Of a DNA stretch of 64,000 nt, positions 38,751-52,999 are shown piece by piece (position 1 is the first letter of the stretch; each line of letters starts with the position of its first letter). Position numbers and translations under genes: made by a program. The notes beneath the pieces are model-generated. The model searched no databases. It saw only the letters and a list, made by a program, of their open reading frames with translations, and was not told the origin of the DNA. Source of the DNA: Octopus sinensis (Eukaryota); the NCBI RefSeq assembly GCF_006345805.1, contig NC_043006.1:87854001-87918000 (forward strand), read 5' to 3'.

Positions 38751-39254
38751 TGAGAGAGAAAGGAGAGAGAAACAAAGAGGGAGAATCATCATCATCATCA
38801 TCATCGTCTAATGTCCGTTTTCTGTGCTAGCACGGGTTGGACAGTTTGACAGGGGTCTGGGAAGCCAGGAGGCTGCACCAGGCTCCTGTCTGATCTGGCA
38901 GTGTTTCTACGGGTGGATGCCCTTCCTAACGCCAACCACTCTGTGAGCGTAGTGGGTGCTTTTTCGTGCCGCCGGCACAGGTGCCAGGGGGCCTGGCAGC
39001 GGCCACGATCAGTTGGTGCTTTTTACATGCCACCAGCACAGAAGCCAGTCAAGGCGGCGCTGCCTGCATCTTATTGCAAAAACAGCCGTAAGCGGGTGAA
39101 GTTTATAGGATAATCATTTATTCCTTCATTGTCATTTTTTTCTTATTCATCTAACACGTTGTTCTGAAATATACATATATTGAGTTCTACACCAGCTTAT
39201 TAATCTCACAATACCTAAGCAAAATATTAGAACACAGGCATACATTCATATATT

Positions 39255-40265
39255 TATTCTTTTATTCTTTTATGCATTTCAGTCATTTGACCGTGACAAT
39301 GTTGGAGCACTGCCAGGGTTTTAGTCAAAGAAATTGACCCCAGAACTTTTCTTTGTGAGTCAAGTACTTATTCTATCAGTCTCTTTTGCCAAACTGTTAA
39401 GTTATGGGGGTATAAACACACCAACATCAGAGTAAAGATTTTTGCCAACATAATATGGCAGTCTTGGTTTAGGATGAATGTTGCTATAATTTAGCCCTAG
39501 GAGACATCATCTTCAGCTGGCAATATGACATGATCTGTGTCCTTATATTTTCAGCAGCCCCGCTCATCTCAAAACAATATCTGTGTATTGCAATTTTCTA
39601 ATTTTCTAATTTATAGATCAGTGACTAGTTGTCACTTAGAAAACTATATATTTCAAATGAGAATTTGGCAGCACCACCTTTAGCCAAACAATTATTCTGT
39701 GCTGATGAAGAGAAATAACCCAGAAATCACGATACACATATTATTTTGAACTGAGTTGGGGTGCTAGATTTCCTTGTTCGAAAATATAAGGACACAGATC
39801 GTGTCATATAGCCAGCTGGAGATGATGTCTCCTGGAGCTAAATTACAGCAACATTGATCCTAAACCAGGACTGCCATGTTATGTTGGCAAAAATCTTTAC
39901 TCCAAAGTACTGTTGCTGAATATCTCTCGTTGTGAGATTTAAAAATATTAATTTTCTACACCAACATCAGTTGTCAAGCTATGGAGGTGGTGATGGGAAC
40001 AAACACAGACACAAACACACATAAGTATATATATACATATTTATATATATATGTGTATGTGTGTATATATATATAGATAGATATAGATATAGATAGATAT
40101 AGATATATATACACACACGCAACAGGCTTCTTTCAATTTCTGTCTAGTATATCCACTCACAAAGCTTTGGTCAGCCCAAGGCTATAGTAGAAGACACTTG
40201 TCCCCAAAGTACTATGCATTGGGAGTGAAAAATATGATTGGGAAACAAGCTTCTTACCACACAGT

Positions 40266-40270
<5 letters not shown>
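39255..40270 (-). mobile_element. tRNA-SINE family A interrupted by a fold-back insertion
   Basis: SINE halves are split at acaccaacatcag, which is duplicated at 39418-39430 and 39958-39970. Confidence 0.8.
39431..39957. mobile_element. Fold-back element with ~123-bp inverted arms and 13-bp target-site duplication
   Basis: Arms 39430-39552 / 39780-39902; same family as 60615-61345. Confidence 0.8.
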
Positions 40271-40296
<26 letters not shown>

Positions 40297-40520
40297 GTAT
40301 GCATGTATGTATGTATGTATACACACAGACACACACACACATATATATATATATATATGTATGTATATATACATACTCACACACACACATATATGTATAT
40401 ATATATATACATATACCATTTTTTAATTAGACAATATTCATTTTCATAATATATGTATGTATGTATATATACATATACATACATATATATATATATGTAT
40501 GTATATATATATACATATAC

Positions 40521-40576
<56 letters not shown>

Positions 40577-40594
40577 CAACACAGTCTGGTTTTC

Positions 40595-43500
40595 ATGGTT
40601 TTTATTATTGCATTTAGAAAGCATATGTTAAATATGAAGAAAAAGATATTTAGTAATGTTTATAAAGTACAATTAGCACTTTCATACATTCATAGTAATC
40701 ATCAGATTTCAATATATACTGACTGACAATTGAGTTGAGTGCTTGACAACTGTAGTAAAATTATTAACTTCTTCGTTTTTATACTTTTTAGAAGGCTCTG
40801 ACAAGCTGAATTTTTTGAATATAGTTTATACCAATCAGCATACAGTTTAAATTTCATAGTTTGCCAGGTGCACCGATATTACTGGCAAAGATCCCACCTT
40901 TATTTTAACCAATTAGCTTGTAAGTAAACTTGGTTTCAATCGGTGGGAGTTTTCTGTAATTTGTTTGTAGTCATATGTTAACGATATTTTTTAATCCACA
41001 TCATTAACTGGTTGTTATATTATTGTTGTTATTTCCATTCAGAACAGGTTTGAACATTTTAATGAAACATTTTTCGTTTATCTTTCTTCCAGCCTCACTT
41101 GTGTCATGTAGTTTGTGGCAAGGAAAAAATCAGAAACATGTTCTAACTACATGTTTCTATATGTTCGCTCAATGGAATTTGGTGAAAATTAGTGTTCCAG
41201 ATTTGTTGTCCATGAACTCTTGAGTGTTCCAATAATGCATTCCCTGTCTCACCAATGTACAGGGCATTTAATGCAGTAAATCAAATTTCTGCTTTCACAG
41301 TTGATATCTACATTTGAAAAAATCTGTCCTTTTTTTTTTTTGTTCTGATGTATCTACCAGTATACATGTATTAACATGCATACTGGTATCATTACACTTC
41401 GATACTGTGAATGATTTATCCTGTTTGTTTATGTTGAATTTTGTTTTTGTTAATAGTTTCTTTATGTTATGTGACTGCTTTTGCTTAAGATAAGTGTTTG
41501 ATTAGTTATGTTTTTTAATTTTTCACTTTGTTTCATGATTGGTAAATTTGTTTTGATGATGTTAAAAATGTTTTGGTGATGCAGATTGTGTGTTATTAGA
41601 AATGGTGTTGTGTTCCGTTGATGTGATCCTCTTTCTCGTGTTACCCTAAGTTGTTCTATAGGTGTGCCTTTTGCTCGTTGTATGCTATATTCTATAAGGA
41701 GAGGGTATTTTTGCTTGAGCAGAAATCCTTTGAGTTCTATAAGTCGTATGTTCCTGGTATTTGGATCATCTACTATAGTACAAATTTTCCTGGCTAGACA
41801 ATATGGGATGTTGCGTTTTGTGTGTGTTGGGTGGCATGATTTGAAATTTAGGTACTGGTGTGTATCTGAGCTTTTGTGATAAATATCAGTTGTGATTGGG
41901 GTGTTATTTTTAATTACCATTGTGTTCAGAAATAGTAATTGTATGTTGCTCATTTCTCTTGTGAATTTGAGGCTAGGGTGTAGATTGGTGAGGATGCTGC
42001 TGAATTCTTTCAGATTTTCTAGGAATTTGGTCCAAATTAGGAAACAGTCATCAAGGTATCTTTTCCATGTATTCGCTATATGCCTTTTAAAGGTCATGCC
42101 GTAATTTTCTTCAGTTTTTGTTTTATATAGGTTTTGCTCCAAGTATCCCAATACTAAGTTTTCAAAAACTGGAGCAAATCACATCCCCATAGCTGTGCCT
42201 CAAATTTGAAGGTAGTTTTTTTCCATTGAAAAGGAATGTGTTGTTTTTGAGGATGAGGCTGACCATGTCTAGTATTAAGGTTACAGTAAATCTACTGGGG
42301 ATCACTTCTCTATGTTTCTTGACACAATATTTTAAGGCAGTAATTCTCAAATCATGGGGAATGTTCGTTTATAAGTTTGTTACATCAAAACTAGCTAACA
42401 GTGAATTAGATTCTGTTGTTTGGGGCAGATGTGACAGGAAATCAATGCCATTCCAAATGAAACTGAGTATGTGACTATATAGTGGTTTTAGGATAATGTC
42501 AATGAGGTTGCTCAGATGATGTGTCAGACTGGCTGGACCGGCTATAATGAGTTTTAGTTTAAGGGCTTTTGGTTGAGTTGAGTGCTTGACAACTGTAGTA
42601 AAAGGACTGACTTCTTCCTTTCTATACCTTTTAGAAGGCTCCGACAAGCTGAATTTCTTGAATATGGTTTAGACCAATCATCATATATTAGTAAACAAAA
42701 TAATTATTCATTTGATCAAAACATTTTTTTTTTAATAGTATTTTGTATTTCTTCTGACTTATGTGTATTAGATAAACTATATCAGTTGCTGGATTCCAAC
42801 CCAAAATTGATAATATAGTCCCTTTTATTAGGTGTGAGGGAGTTATAATGCTTTAAGACTAAATAATTGAGTTTCTTCATGATGCAGTGGTCAATATTTG
42901 AGGGTATTTCATGGTAGAATGTTGTGTCCTTCAATTTGTCTTCAGCTAGATCCCGGTAATATTCCATATCCATTATAACAATGACACCCCACTTTATCCG
43001 CTTGTTTGATGACAACTGTGTTGTCATTTTTAAAACATATAAGGGTAGACTTTTCTTTTTGAAATGCTTGATCTGACGTTGTCATGCCTCAGTGGAAATC
43101 TGGAGAGGATAGCAATGAACTGATCTAGATATGTATGTTGTCCTTTTGTTGGGGTGAAATTTTGATTTATTTTTCACCAAGGATTCGTTGTTATTATTTT
43201 TATCAGTAAAAAACTCCACAAGTCATAGTTTCTGACAAAAGTTTTGGATATCTTCCTCCAATTCCTGATGGTTGACTGTAGGTGTGAATTTTAGTCCTTT
43301 CATCAATAATCGAAGTTTATTACTGTTCATATTTCTTTTTGACAGATTAATAATTTTAGGGTCTATTCTGTCTGTTGTTCCACAGGTGTTTCTTCTTTCT
43401 CCAGTGTTTGCTGTCCTGGCCCTAGAACTTACATTCTTTTTTGTCTTATATTTCTTTTATTATCTTTTATCTGGTGAGCTTTGTATTTTGGTTGTGGTGT

Positions 43501-43975
43501 TTGATTAGGTATGTTTTTTCACTTGTTCCTAGGTATGGGTATACTATTTATATTTTCAGTTTGTGAAAAGAATTTTGGGGGTTTATTTGAAGATCTAGTT
43601 TGGTTTTTTGTTCTGTTTCCAATACCTAATTTTTATTGAGGTCTTGAATGTGATTTCTTCCCAGTTTTTCTTCCTCTAATATTTTGATTAAATGAATAAT
43701 TGTTCTGTTTACTAATATATGCTGATTGGTCAAAACTGTATTCAAGAAATTCAGCTTGTCGGAGCCTTCTAAAAGGTATAAAAAGGAAGAAGTCAGTCCT
43801 TTTACTACATTTGTCAAGCACTCAACTCAACTGTCAGTCAATACATTTTAAAATCTAATGATTACCACGAACGTATAAAAGCACTAATTGAACTTTATGA
43901 ACGTTACTAAATATTTTTTTTTCATGTTTAACACTTCAACATTGTAAAACTTTTTTCTAAATAAAATAATAAAAA
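40595..43975 (-). mobile_element. Near full-length, frameshifted Penelope-like element (RT + C-terminal GIY-YIG) with inverted pLTRs
   Basis: LIIAGPAS...DIILKPL, SFDVTNL, KRYLDDCFLIW, YHKSSDTHQYLNFKSCHP, RNLIYCIKCP..YIGETG; the pLTR at 40595-40850 recurs inverted at 43690-43975. Confidence 0.92.
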
Positions 43976-44053
43976 ATGTGAAAACCAGACCATGTTGTAT
44001 CTTTATTCAACTGATATATTATTCTATACACATTTACACAAATTTGGAAAAAT

Positions 44054-44086
<33 letters not shown>

Positions 44087-45288
44087 GAGAGGAGAGAGAG
44101 AGAGAGAGAGAAAGAGAGAGTGGGAGAAAGAGAGAGAGGGAGAGAAATAACACATCACATGACTATTGAAGATCAAAACAATTGAAATTATTTGTAAATA
44201 TACATTTTGTAAATACACACTGTAAAGATGACATTAGTAATGCAGAGAATTATAAGCTTTTCTACTCACAATTAATTGGTAGCAGACAATAAAATTAGGA
44301 AAATTGACCAAATCAAAATCCGCCCAGTATTTGGTAGTCAACAGTAATAAAATCAGAACTCATCATCTTACAAACAATTACAAGGTCTTCATACTAAAAT
44401 TGCTTTAAAACAGTGATTCACAAACTAAAGATAGAGTAAGATATTGGTTGGTCCCTCACAGAAAAGAGACAGTGTGGGATAGGGAAAGATGTGTTTCTAC
44501 CTCAAAACAGCTTGAGTTAATTGATATGCAAATTGTAGTAGTGAGATACCAGAGAATGAAAAATAGGCAGAATATCTGATTGGTAAGAAATGACAAGTTG
44601 TTCGGTTTCATAAGATTGAATTTGAATCCTTCTATATGAGTCAGAAATGTAGGAGGAAGGAAAGGATGACACTTTCTCAGGTGCTGATGTGTATTTGTGT
44701 GTTTTTGCTTTGACCTGTTATATCTGATAATTAAAGTGGAGGCCCCAAAACAGACTCATCCTACGGTACTGAGGAGCTGCACAATACAACTGATATAAGT
44801 ATGAATTATACTATAAGGAGAAATGAAAGAAAGAGGGATTTTTTTTCACATTATAAAATAGGTGTTTGGTTGTTGCAACTGATATAATAGATTGAACTGT
44901 TGAAGGAAAGCCATTTATCTATATTTGAGTCTCTTGTGGAAGTTAATACAGATTAATATTTTAAGTATCCAATAACATTAGTTCTCCCAACAGATTTAAC
45001 AGAAACATTTTTAATTAGCAAATCTGTAAAATAAATCACTTCAGTGGCTTCCGATGTATACATTCATACACACAAACCTACATGGACACACAAAAGAATA
45101 AAACATATATGCAACGAGTTAATATATATCTATATATATATATGAGTAAAAACTTTACACAAATAAATGAACCCACAAATAAACAGATACAAATATATAT
45201 ATAAATGCATAATAAAATATATATACTAAAGGCAGTGCTCCAGCATGGCCGCAGTCAAATGACTGAAACAAGTAAAAGAGTATACACA

Positions 45289-45328
<40 letters not shown>

Positions 45329-45391
45329 GGTCTGTCTGTCTATCTGTCTATATATATATATGCATATGCACACACACACACATATATATAT

Positions 45392-45620
45392 ATTTCTTTA
45401 CTACCCACAAGGGGCTAAACACAGAGAGGACAAACAAGGACAGACAAACGGATTAAGTCGAGTACATCGATCCCAGTGCGCAACTGGTACTTAATTTATC
45501 GACCCCGATAGGATGAAAGGCAAAGTCGACCTCGGCGGAATTTGAACTCAGAACGTAATGGCAGACGAAATATGGCCACGCATTTCACCCGGCGTGCTAA
45601 CATTTCTGCCAGCTCGCCGC
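45392..45620 (-). mobile_element. Young Meta-domain tRNA-SINE (family B)
   Basis: CpG-intact copy: ...atttatcgaccccgataggatgaaaggcaaagtcgacctcggcggaatttgaactcagaacg...ctgccagctcgccgc. Confidence 0.85.
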
Positions 45621-45880
45621 TATATATGTATGTGTGTGCGTGTGTGTGTGTGTATTGAGCGTGAATACTTAACTATCTCTGTCACCTCATCTGTCATAGC
45701 AGATAACCATTAAAATTTATACCAGCAAACTCATATTGTCTGTTACACTATTCTGACAGCTTTTGATAGTTTTCTTATCTCTTCATAGTTAATATCATCC
45801 TACAAACCACATTTAACAGCAAAGTCACCATAACTTCCCATATATATATGTGTGCACGTGTGTGTGTGTGTGTGCATGTA

Positions 45881-45919
<39 letters not shown>

Positions 45920-47181
45920 AATACAGAGAGAGAGAGAGAGAATCACACTCATGTCCATACATATATGTATATATACACACAAATATTTGTATATGTATAT
46001 GTGTATATATACATATATTATATGTGTTTATATATATATATATATATATGCTCACACACATATACACAACACAATGTGAATTAGAAGAAATGAAATGCAT
46101 TAAATATTTGAAAGCTTAGCAATAAATATATAGAAATAAGAACGTAAAAACTTTCATTCTATGCTTTTTTGATAAGTGGGAAAATGATGGGTTCTGATAG
46201 GCTTTTCCACAGATTGTTGATCATTTCCTCAGAGGAGATGTTTCTAGTTTTATGCTATTGTGCACATAGTATCATCGTCATTTAGATTTATCTTCCATGC
46301 TGGCATGGGTTACACAATTCAACAGGACCTGCTCAGTTGGAGGACAGCATCGTTATCCAGTGTCTGCTTTGGTATGATTTCTACTGCTGGATGACCATCA
46401 TTTCACTTACCAATTCACAGATTCTATCAGGTGTTTGTTATGGTGCCAACTCTAGTGGATTTACTATGTAACTCGCAAAACTAAAGAGCCCATTCACTTG
46501 ACTGGCAGTGTAGTAGAAAGAGGGTTAGCATTACACAGGTTTGAATGGCTGAAGTATGACACAAGGGATACTCCTTTAGTCTGACAATAAGTTCCTCCTT
46601 TCCTTCCACCAGTCTTAGGAGCCCCAAAATTTCGTATGGGTTCTGCCCTTTTCCCTTTATGTCTGTAAGCAAAATACAACTCATATGGTTGAGCCAAATA
46701 CATTCTACAGTAGAATAGACATTGCTATGATGTCACACAGGGGGCTATAACCCTAATACATGGTTTCCGATGGAATCTTAAGCACATGGCTATTCTCTGT
46801 AGGCTTTTCTTTCCACGGATAAACCTTATCTGCTTCCCCCTTTTCATTTTACATCATGAGATTTCTGTGATACACGATCCCTATTGATCGTTTTTTTCTT
46901 CTTTTTTTCTTTCCTTTTTACGATCCCTTTTGATCGAAAACCTACCCCACTTTTTTTCTCCCCAAAAAGAAAAGCTCTATTTTGTAATTTGTCCCGTCTG
47001 TGTTCAGCTCTGTGTGGCTAATAAAGAAACATATCCAGCACTTATATATTTATGAACTTTGCAACAACCCTAAATGTATTAACTGTATCTCTACATGTTT
47101 GAATCTTTGTGTATATGTCTGTGTACTTGCATGCATGCATATGTATGTGTGCACAAGCATGTGCATGTGAGTATGTGAGAA

Positions 47182-47223
<42 letters not shown>

Positions 47224-47604
47224 ATGTGTCATGTCTGCATTTATGTATTTGAAATTAATTATATTTTCATTTTACTTTATTTGTAAAATTTTTCACACTT
47301 AAAAAAATACTTCAAATACAAACTCAACATACAGAAACAAACTAAATAATCTAGTCTTTAATGTGCAGGCTGTAGCATGGAAATTATTAACTAGACAAGG
47401 AAGATTTAATAACTTATAATTCATTTCATCCAAGAAATGTTTCACAAATTTCAAATTTTGCATTATATATATACACATATAAAAAATAAATGTGTATATG
47501 TATGTATACATATATATAACAAATGTGTGTACATATGTAAATATATATATATAACAAATTTGTGTATGTATGTATATACATATATATACATTTCTATGTA
47601 TGTG

Positions 47605-47636
<32 letters not shown>

Positions 47637-47732
47637 CACGCATGTATATGTATTTGTGTGTATTTATATATATATTTATATATATATATATGTATATATA
47701 TATATACACACGCATGTATATGTATTTGTGTG

Positions 47733-47779
<47 letters not shown>

Positions 47780-48421
47780 ATATAGAAATATGTATATATA
47801 CACCTATATAGATATATGTATGTATATAGACAGATAGATAGATAGATAGAAATCAACATATATAGGTATGTGTGTCTATGAGCATGTTTACATATGCATG
47901 TGCATATGTAATGTAATTGCTTTCGTACTTGTTTATAAAAATAGTTGTTGTTTGTTTTGTTGTTATCAAAAACTACTCTTCAAAGTAATACATTTTGAAA
48001 AGATGAAAATTAGAAGACATTTTGAAAATAAGAAGCATGTTATATAATTTTAAAAAATTCATTTTTCTGTCTGACAGTTTTGTCTCACTCATTTTTTAAA
48101 TATTTCTGCTTATCTACATACAGATAGATATAACTACACATAATAGCTGCATTATTTACATATATTTGAATATACACACGCAAACACATGCACACACAAG
48201 TACAACAATATCATCATCATTAACGAAACCAATGTTCTAATATCCTTTACCTAATATTATATATATGTGTGTGTGTGTGGGGTGGGGGGTCAGTGTATAA
48301 AATAGACCTGGGTTATGTATGATTTTTGTCTTTTATTAGTCTTACAAACATACCCACCTGCATACACACACACACACGTGTGTGTGTGTGTATATATATA
48401 CACACATACAAACTTACACAC

Positions 48422-48469
<48 letters not shown>

Positions 48470-48473
48470 GTAA

Positions 48474-48510
<37 letters not shown>

Positions 48511-48598
48511 ATGTATGCATGTATGCATATATCTATATATTATATATATATATATGTATGTATGTATGTATGCATATATTTATATATATATTTATATA

Positions 48599-49892
48599 CA
48601 GGGTGCGGTGAATAAATTGTTGTCTAAATTATGCAAAAATGAAAATACAACTGACATCTCATTTAACAGATAAATTTACCAAAATTACATAAATATACCT
48701 TGAAGCACTAACGAGTAAATTTATTCAATAAAAGCAACATTGGCTTCAACCACGGCCTGCAGACAACTTCGGAAACTTCTGCAAATCTTCTGGACGGTCT
48801 TCTTGTTTATGTTAGTGAATGTTGCCATAATCCTTGCCTTCAGTTCATCTTTGCTGTTACAAGGAGTTTTTTTGGACTCTCACTCAACAGTGCCCCACAC
48901 ATAATAATCAAAGGCGTTACAATCTGGGGAGTTAGGCAACCAAATTTTAGGGGTGGTATGGTCGCAGAAATTGTCTGACAACCATGACTGGGCTCTCCTG
49001 CTTGTGTGGCATGGTGCAGAATTCTGTTGCCAGACATAGGGTCTCCCAGCAGCCACCTTCTTCACCCAGGGCAGCACTACCTCCTCCAGCCATTTGGTGT
49101 AGGCCTCCATGTTGAGTCCGAGGCCATTTGAGAAGATGAATGGAGAGACAATGTTGCTATCAATACTTATCACTCCAGACACCATGATGTTGGTTGGATG
49201 CTTGATTTTTGTAACTCTCATTACATGTTTTGGGGAACCAACGGTTGTTTTGTGTGTTCACCATCTGAACCTGGCAGAAACTTTTCTCATCTGAGAAGAA
49301 CCAAAGCATGTTCGATTGGAAGGGATGCTTGAGTTTGTTTAAAAGCTTTGTAGCTCGGTCTTTCCTCTTGTCCTTGAGGCTTAGGATAAAAATTGGCCCT
49401 TTCTCATCTTGTATGAGGAATACCCAATGTGCTCATGCACTACCTGCCTGATAAAAACTCAGACATTCCAATGTCCCTAGCGATGGACCTGCTTGACTTG
49501 GAGGGATCGTTGTCAATCATGGCTTGGATCTCACCAACAAATTCATGAATTCGTTTCTCATCAAAATGATTAGAGTGAGTTTTCCAAGCTGCCATACCTT
49601 CATAATCACCATTAGACTCATCCAACTCTTTCTGAATCCTCTGCATTGTCCTCAGATCGACAGCTAAACACTCTGAAACATTTATATTAGAACATCCAGT
49701 GTGAATTGCAAGCAGTACAGTATGTCATTTTCGAATTTCTGGCAGAGCTAATTACATCATGATGCTGTTTTTTCTCACGGACGGTGCCCAACTGACCCTA
49801 CTATATTTCGTAGTTGTCAAAATCAAAAACAAACAATGCACACGTGCGAAATTGAAAATATAAAATGGCAATAACTTACCCATCACACTAAG
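48599..49892 (-). mobile_element. Tc1/mariner DD37D (maT-type) transposon, degenerate
   Basis: ORF 48880-49221 contains YVWQQNSAPCH...SPDCNAFDYYVW, with 37 residues between the second catalytic position (D->N) and the last D; TA dinucleotides at 48597-48598 and 49893-49894; diverged TIRs. Confidence 0.88.
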
Positions 49893-50317
49893 TATATATA
49901 AAGATAATTGATTCATTATATATACTAAATAATATATTTGTGTGTGTGTGTGCGTGTGAGCATGTGTCTGTCTGTGTGTGTGTGTTTGTGCGTGTGTGTG
50001 TGTCTGTGTCTGTGTACACATATGTCTTGTATGAATACATACTTACATACATACATATGTTTGTATGTAGGTATGTTAGGAAAAGGCACTGTAGAGGGCT
50101 CATCCATGATGCAGGTCTAGACCTCTGACTATCAAAATAGAGTCTACTCTCTACACAATTGTGTATTGAGTTCTCATATGAATCATGGTCTTCCTAGATC
50201 TACAGGGTATATTGCATATAGAAATGTTATAAACGGCGGTGCATCAGCATGGCCGCAGCTCTGAGCTGAAACTAAAAAGAAAAAAAAAAGATTTACATAT
50301 ATATGCATATATATGAA

Positions 50318-50365
<48 letters not shown>

Positions 50366-51362
50366 ATGTGTGATTGAAAATAATATACTGGAAACATGAA
50401 GATACAGTTGGTCAGTGATGATGCTGATGATGATACATGGGTTCCAAAACAGATGGCTGCATACATACATTCACAAGCATATAAATACATGTGAATTGAG
50501 GAATGTGTGTGTGTATGTGTGTGTCACAGTGTGTGAATGTGTGTGTGTGTGTATAGTTTTGTGTTTAAGAAGTTTGCTTCCTAACACATTGTTAATGATG
50601 TACTGTTTTGGTGTTTGATATGAGTGTAATGACACATTGTGAGTTAGCCGTGCAATCAAAGTTAAATACAATAAAATATTCTTCTAAATATAAGAAGCAG
50701 TATCAATTAAATGGTAGTTGTGGTAATAGAGGGAAATGAAATCTGGTTTGTTTGTTTCTTTCTTAAGCCCTTGTAGCTGTTGGCTATATTTTATATGTTA
50801 GAAATAAATTTTCTTCTGTTTTTACATTAACTGCTGCTCACTAGTACAAGGTCAACATTGAGATGATATAGAGGAGATAATTGGAAAAAGAAAATATTTC
50901 ATCAAACAGAAATGAGCCAAAACAGTCTTTTTTGTAGAGGAACAATATTTTTGTAAAACCTCTGTTCTTTCATTGGCAGTCAATGTTTACCAACTGATGC
51001 TAGATATAGAATTTTGCTAAAAATAATCTTAGCAACAACTGGTATACAATTATTTTGAAGTGTTTTATTATATCTGTATGCTTTTGATGTGTTTGAAAGG
51101 ATATTGGTACTAGGAATGAATCTCAATATTTAATTTTTAAAGTAACACTAAAGTTGGCAAAGATTTTGATCTGTTACAATATGAAGCATTACTCGCAAAT
51201 AGCTTTTCTATTATCTGTACAAAATGATAAATACATCACTATAATATATTTAACTAAACCATCACTGATAACTTTATCCTTGCTCCCAGTAAGAAACAGG
51301 AATATTGATGATACTATGATAAATATTTTCTATAATAAATGTTGCATGTTTGATTTCATTAA

Positions 51363-51583
51363 CCCTTTCGTTACTATATTTATTTTGAGATGCTCTGAGT
51401 TTCTTTTAATCAATTTTAAATACAACAAAGAATTTAGTAAAATAACTTAGTTATCATTCAGCTAGTGGTAGTAACATAAATTGTGACTAAGGTTTGGTGG
51501 AAGATTTTAATTCAAAACTTATGAAAACAAGACATTTGTACTACAGAGCCAGAGGCGGTTTCAGCCAGGTTGGTAACAAGGGG
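51363..51583. mobile_element. piggyBac-type MITE
   Basis: TTAA at 51359-51362 and 51584-51587; termini CCCTTTCGTTAC / GGTAACAAGGGG. Confidence 0.85.
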
Positions 51584-51959
51584 TTAAGTTTCCAGAAAAC
51601 ATTATTAACTATTTGGTGACATTTTAAATGAAACAAAAGTAACCTGTATTAACATCAGAGTGATTTCATATGGTGAAGCACAAGGTTTATTAGAGTACGA
51701 TGACATAAAACAAGGTAGTTTTCATTATGACCAATGAATATGTAAACCAGAGTTGGAACTGAATGAATTCAAACTCGAAATTTCTATAAAAATTAGATGC
51801 CATAAAGCATCTGAGTAATGTTTATGCCATTTCTTTTACTATTTTAAGTAACAATTGGTGAACATTTTGTTAGATTTAGAGAAAGAGAAAGGAAGAATCT
51901 ATGTTGCAAGGATTTCTGCAGTCAATACAATAACAATGTACACTGAATAAAGAATATAG

Positions 51960-52910
51960 AAATGTTTATATGTATACATACATATATATATAAAATAATG
52001 TATGTGTGTGAGCATAATATATATATATAAGATATATATATATAATATATTATATCAATGATATATAAAAATATATAGATATATATATCATATATATATT
52101 ATATATATATATCATATATATATATATATCATTATATATATATATATATCATATATATATATATATATATCATATATATCATATATATATATATATATCA
52201 TATATATATTAGATATATATATCATATATAATATATATATATATATATGATATATATTATGATATATATATATAAATATATATGATTATATACATATAAA
52301 TACTAGCAGTATCGCCCCTGGGCTTGCGGGTTTGTAAGGGAAATAACTATAAAGCATTTTTAGAGATTATAGCCAAAAAATAGCAAAAAATGGAAAAAAA
52401 TGATGGTAAATTTTTTTTTGAGAGTTAAAAAGGTCGAGTTGCGTCCCCTAGAGTCTGTGGTTTGTGTTTCTGATTCTCGACCCCATGTCGAATTTATCGA
52501 TTTTTTTTCAGAACTAGGGGAACTTTTCAAAATTTCGCTGCGTTAGTTTTGAATTATGACATTGGGCTATTGTGTGTGTCAAGTTTCATCAGAATCGGTT
52601 GAAAGCCGTGGTCAGGTGAGGGTACAACCTAACAGACACACAGACACGCAGACAGACAAACTGCCGTTTATATATATAGAGAGATATATGATATATATAT
52701 ATCATATATTATATAATATTATATCATATATATTATATATATATTATATCATATATATATATATATTATATATATATATATATTATATATAATATATATA
52801 ATTATATATATATTATATAGTTATATATATATATATTATATATATATAATATTATATATATATATATATATATTAAATATTATATATATATTATATATAT
52901 ATATATATTA

Positions 52911-52995
<85 letters not shown>
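51960..52995. repeat. Extended degenerate (TA)n tracts flanking a Helitron
   Basis: Direct reading; a further tract lies at 53900-54150. Confidence 0.95.
52303..52684 (-). mobile_element. Complete non-autonomous Helitron
   Basis: Minus 5' TC(TC)TATATATATAAACGGCAG; 3' GC-rich subterminal segment then CTAG; inserted between A and T. Confidence 0.88.
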
Positions 52996-52996
<1 letters not shown>

Positions 52997-52999
52997 ATC

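Noticed and set aside
39690-39720. CTGATGAAGAGAAA motif (also at ~61084)
   Set aside because: There is no stem II, and the third family copy does not conserve the motif.
46481-46662. Minus-strand exon-like segment with NPYEILGL (J-domain-like start) after a strong acceptor
   Set aside because: There is no HPD motif and no convincing donor, and two alternative frames are open; it remains only a weak exon candidate.
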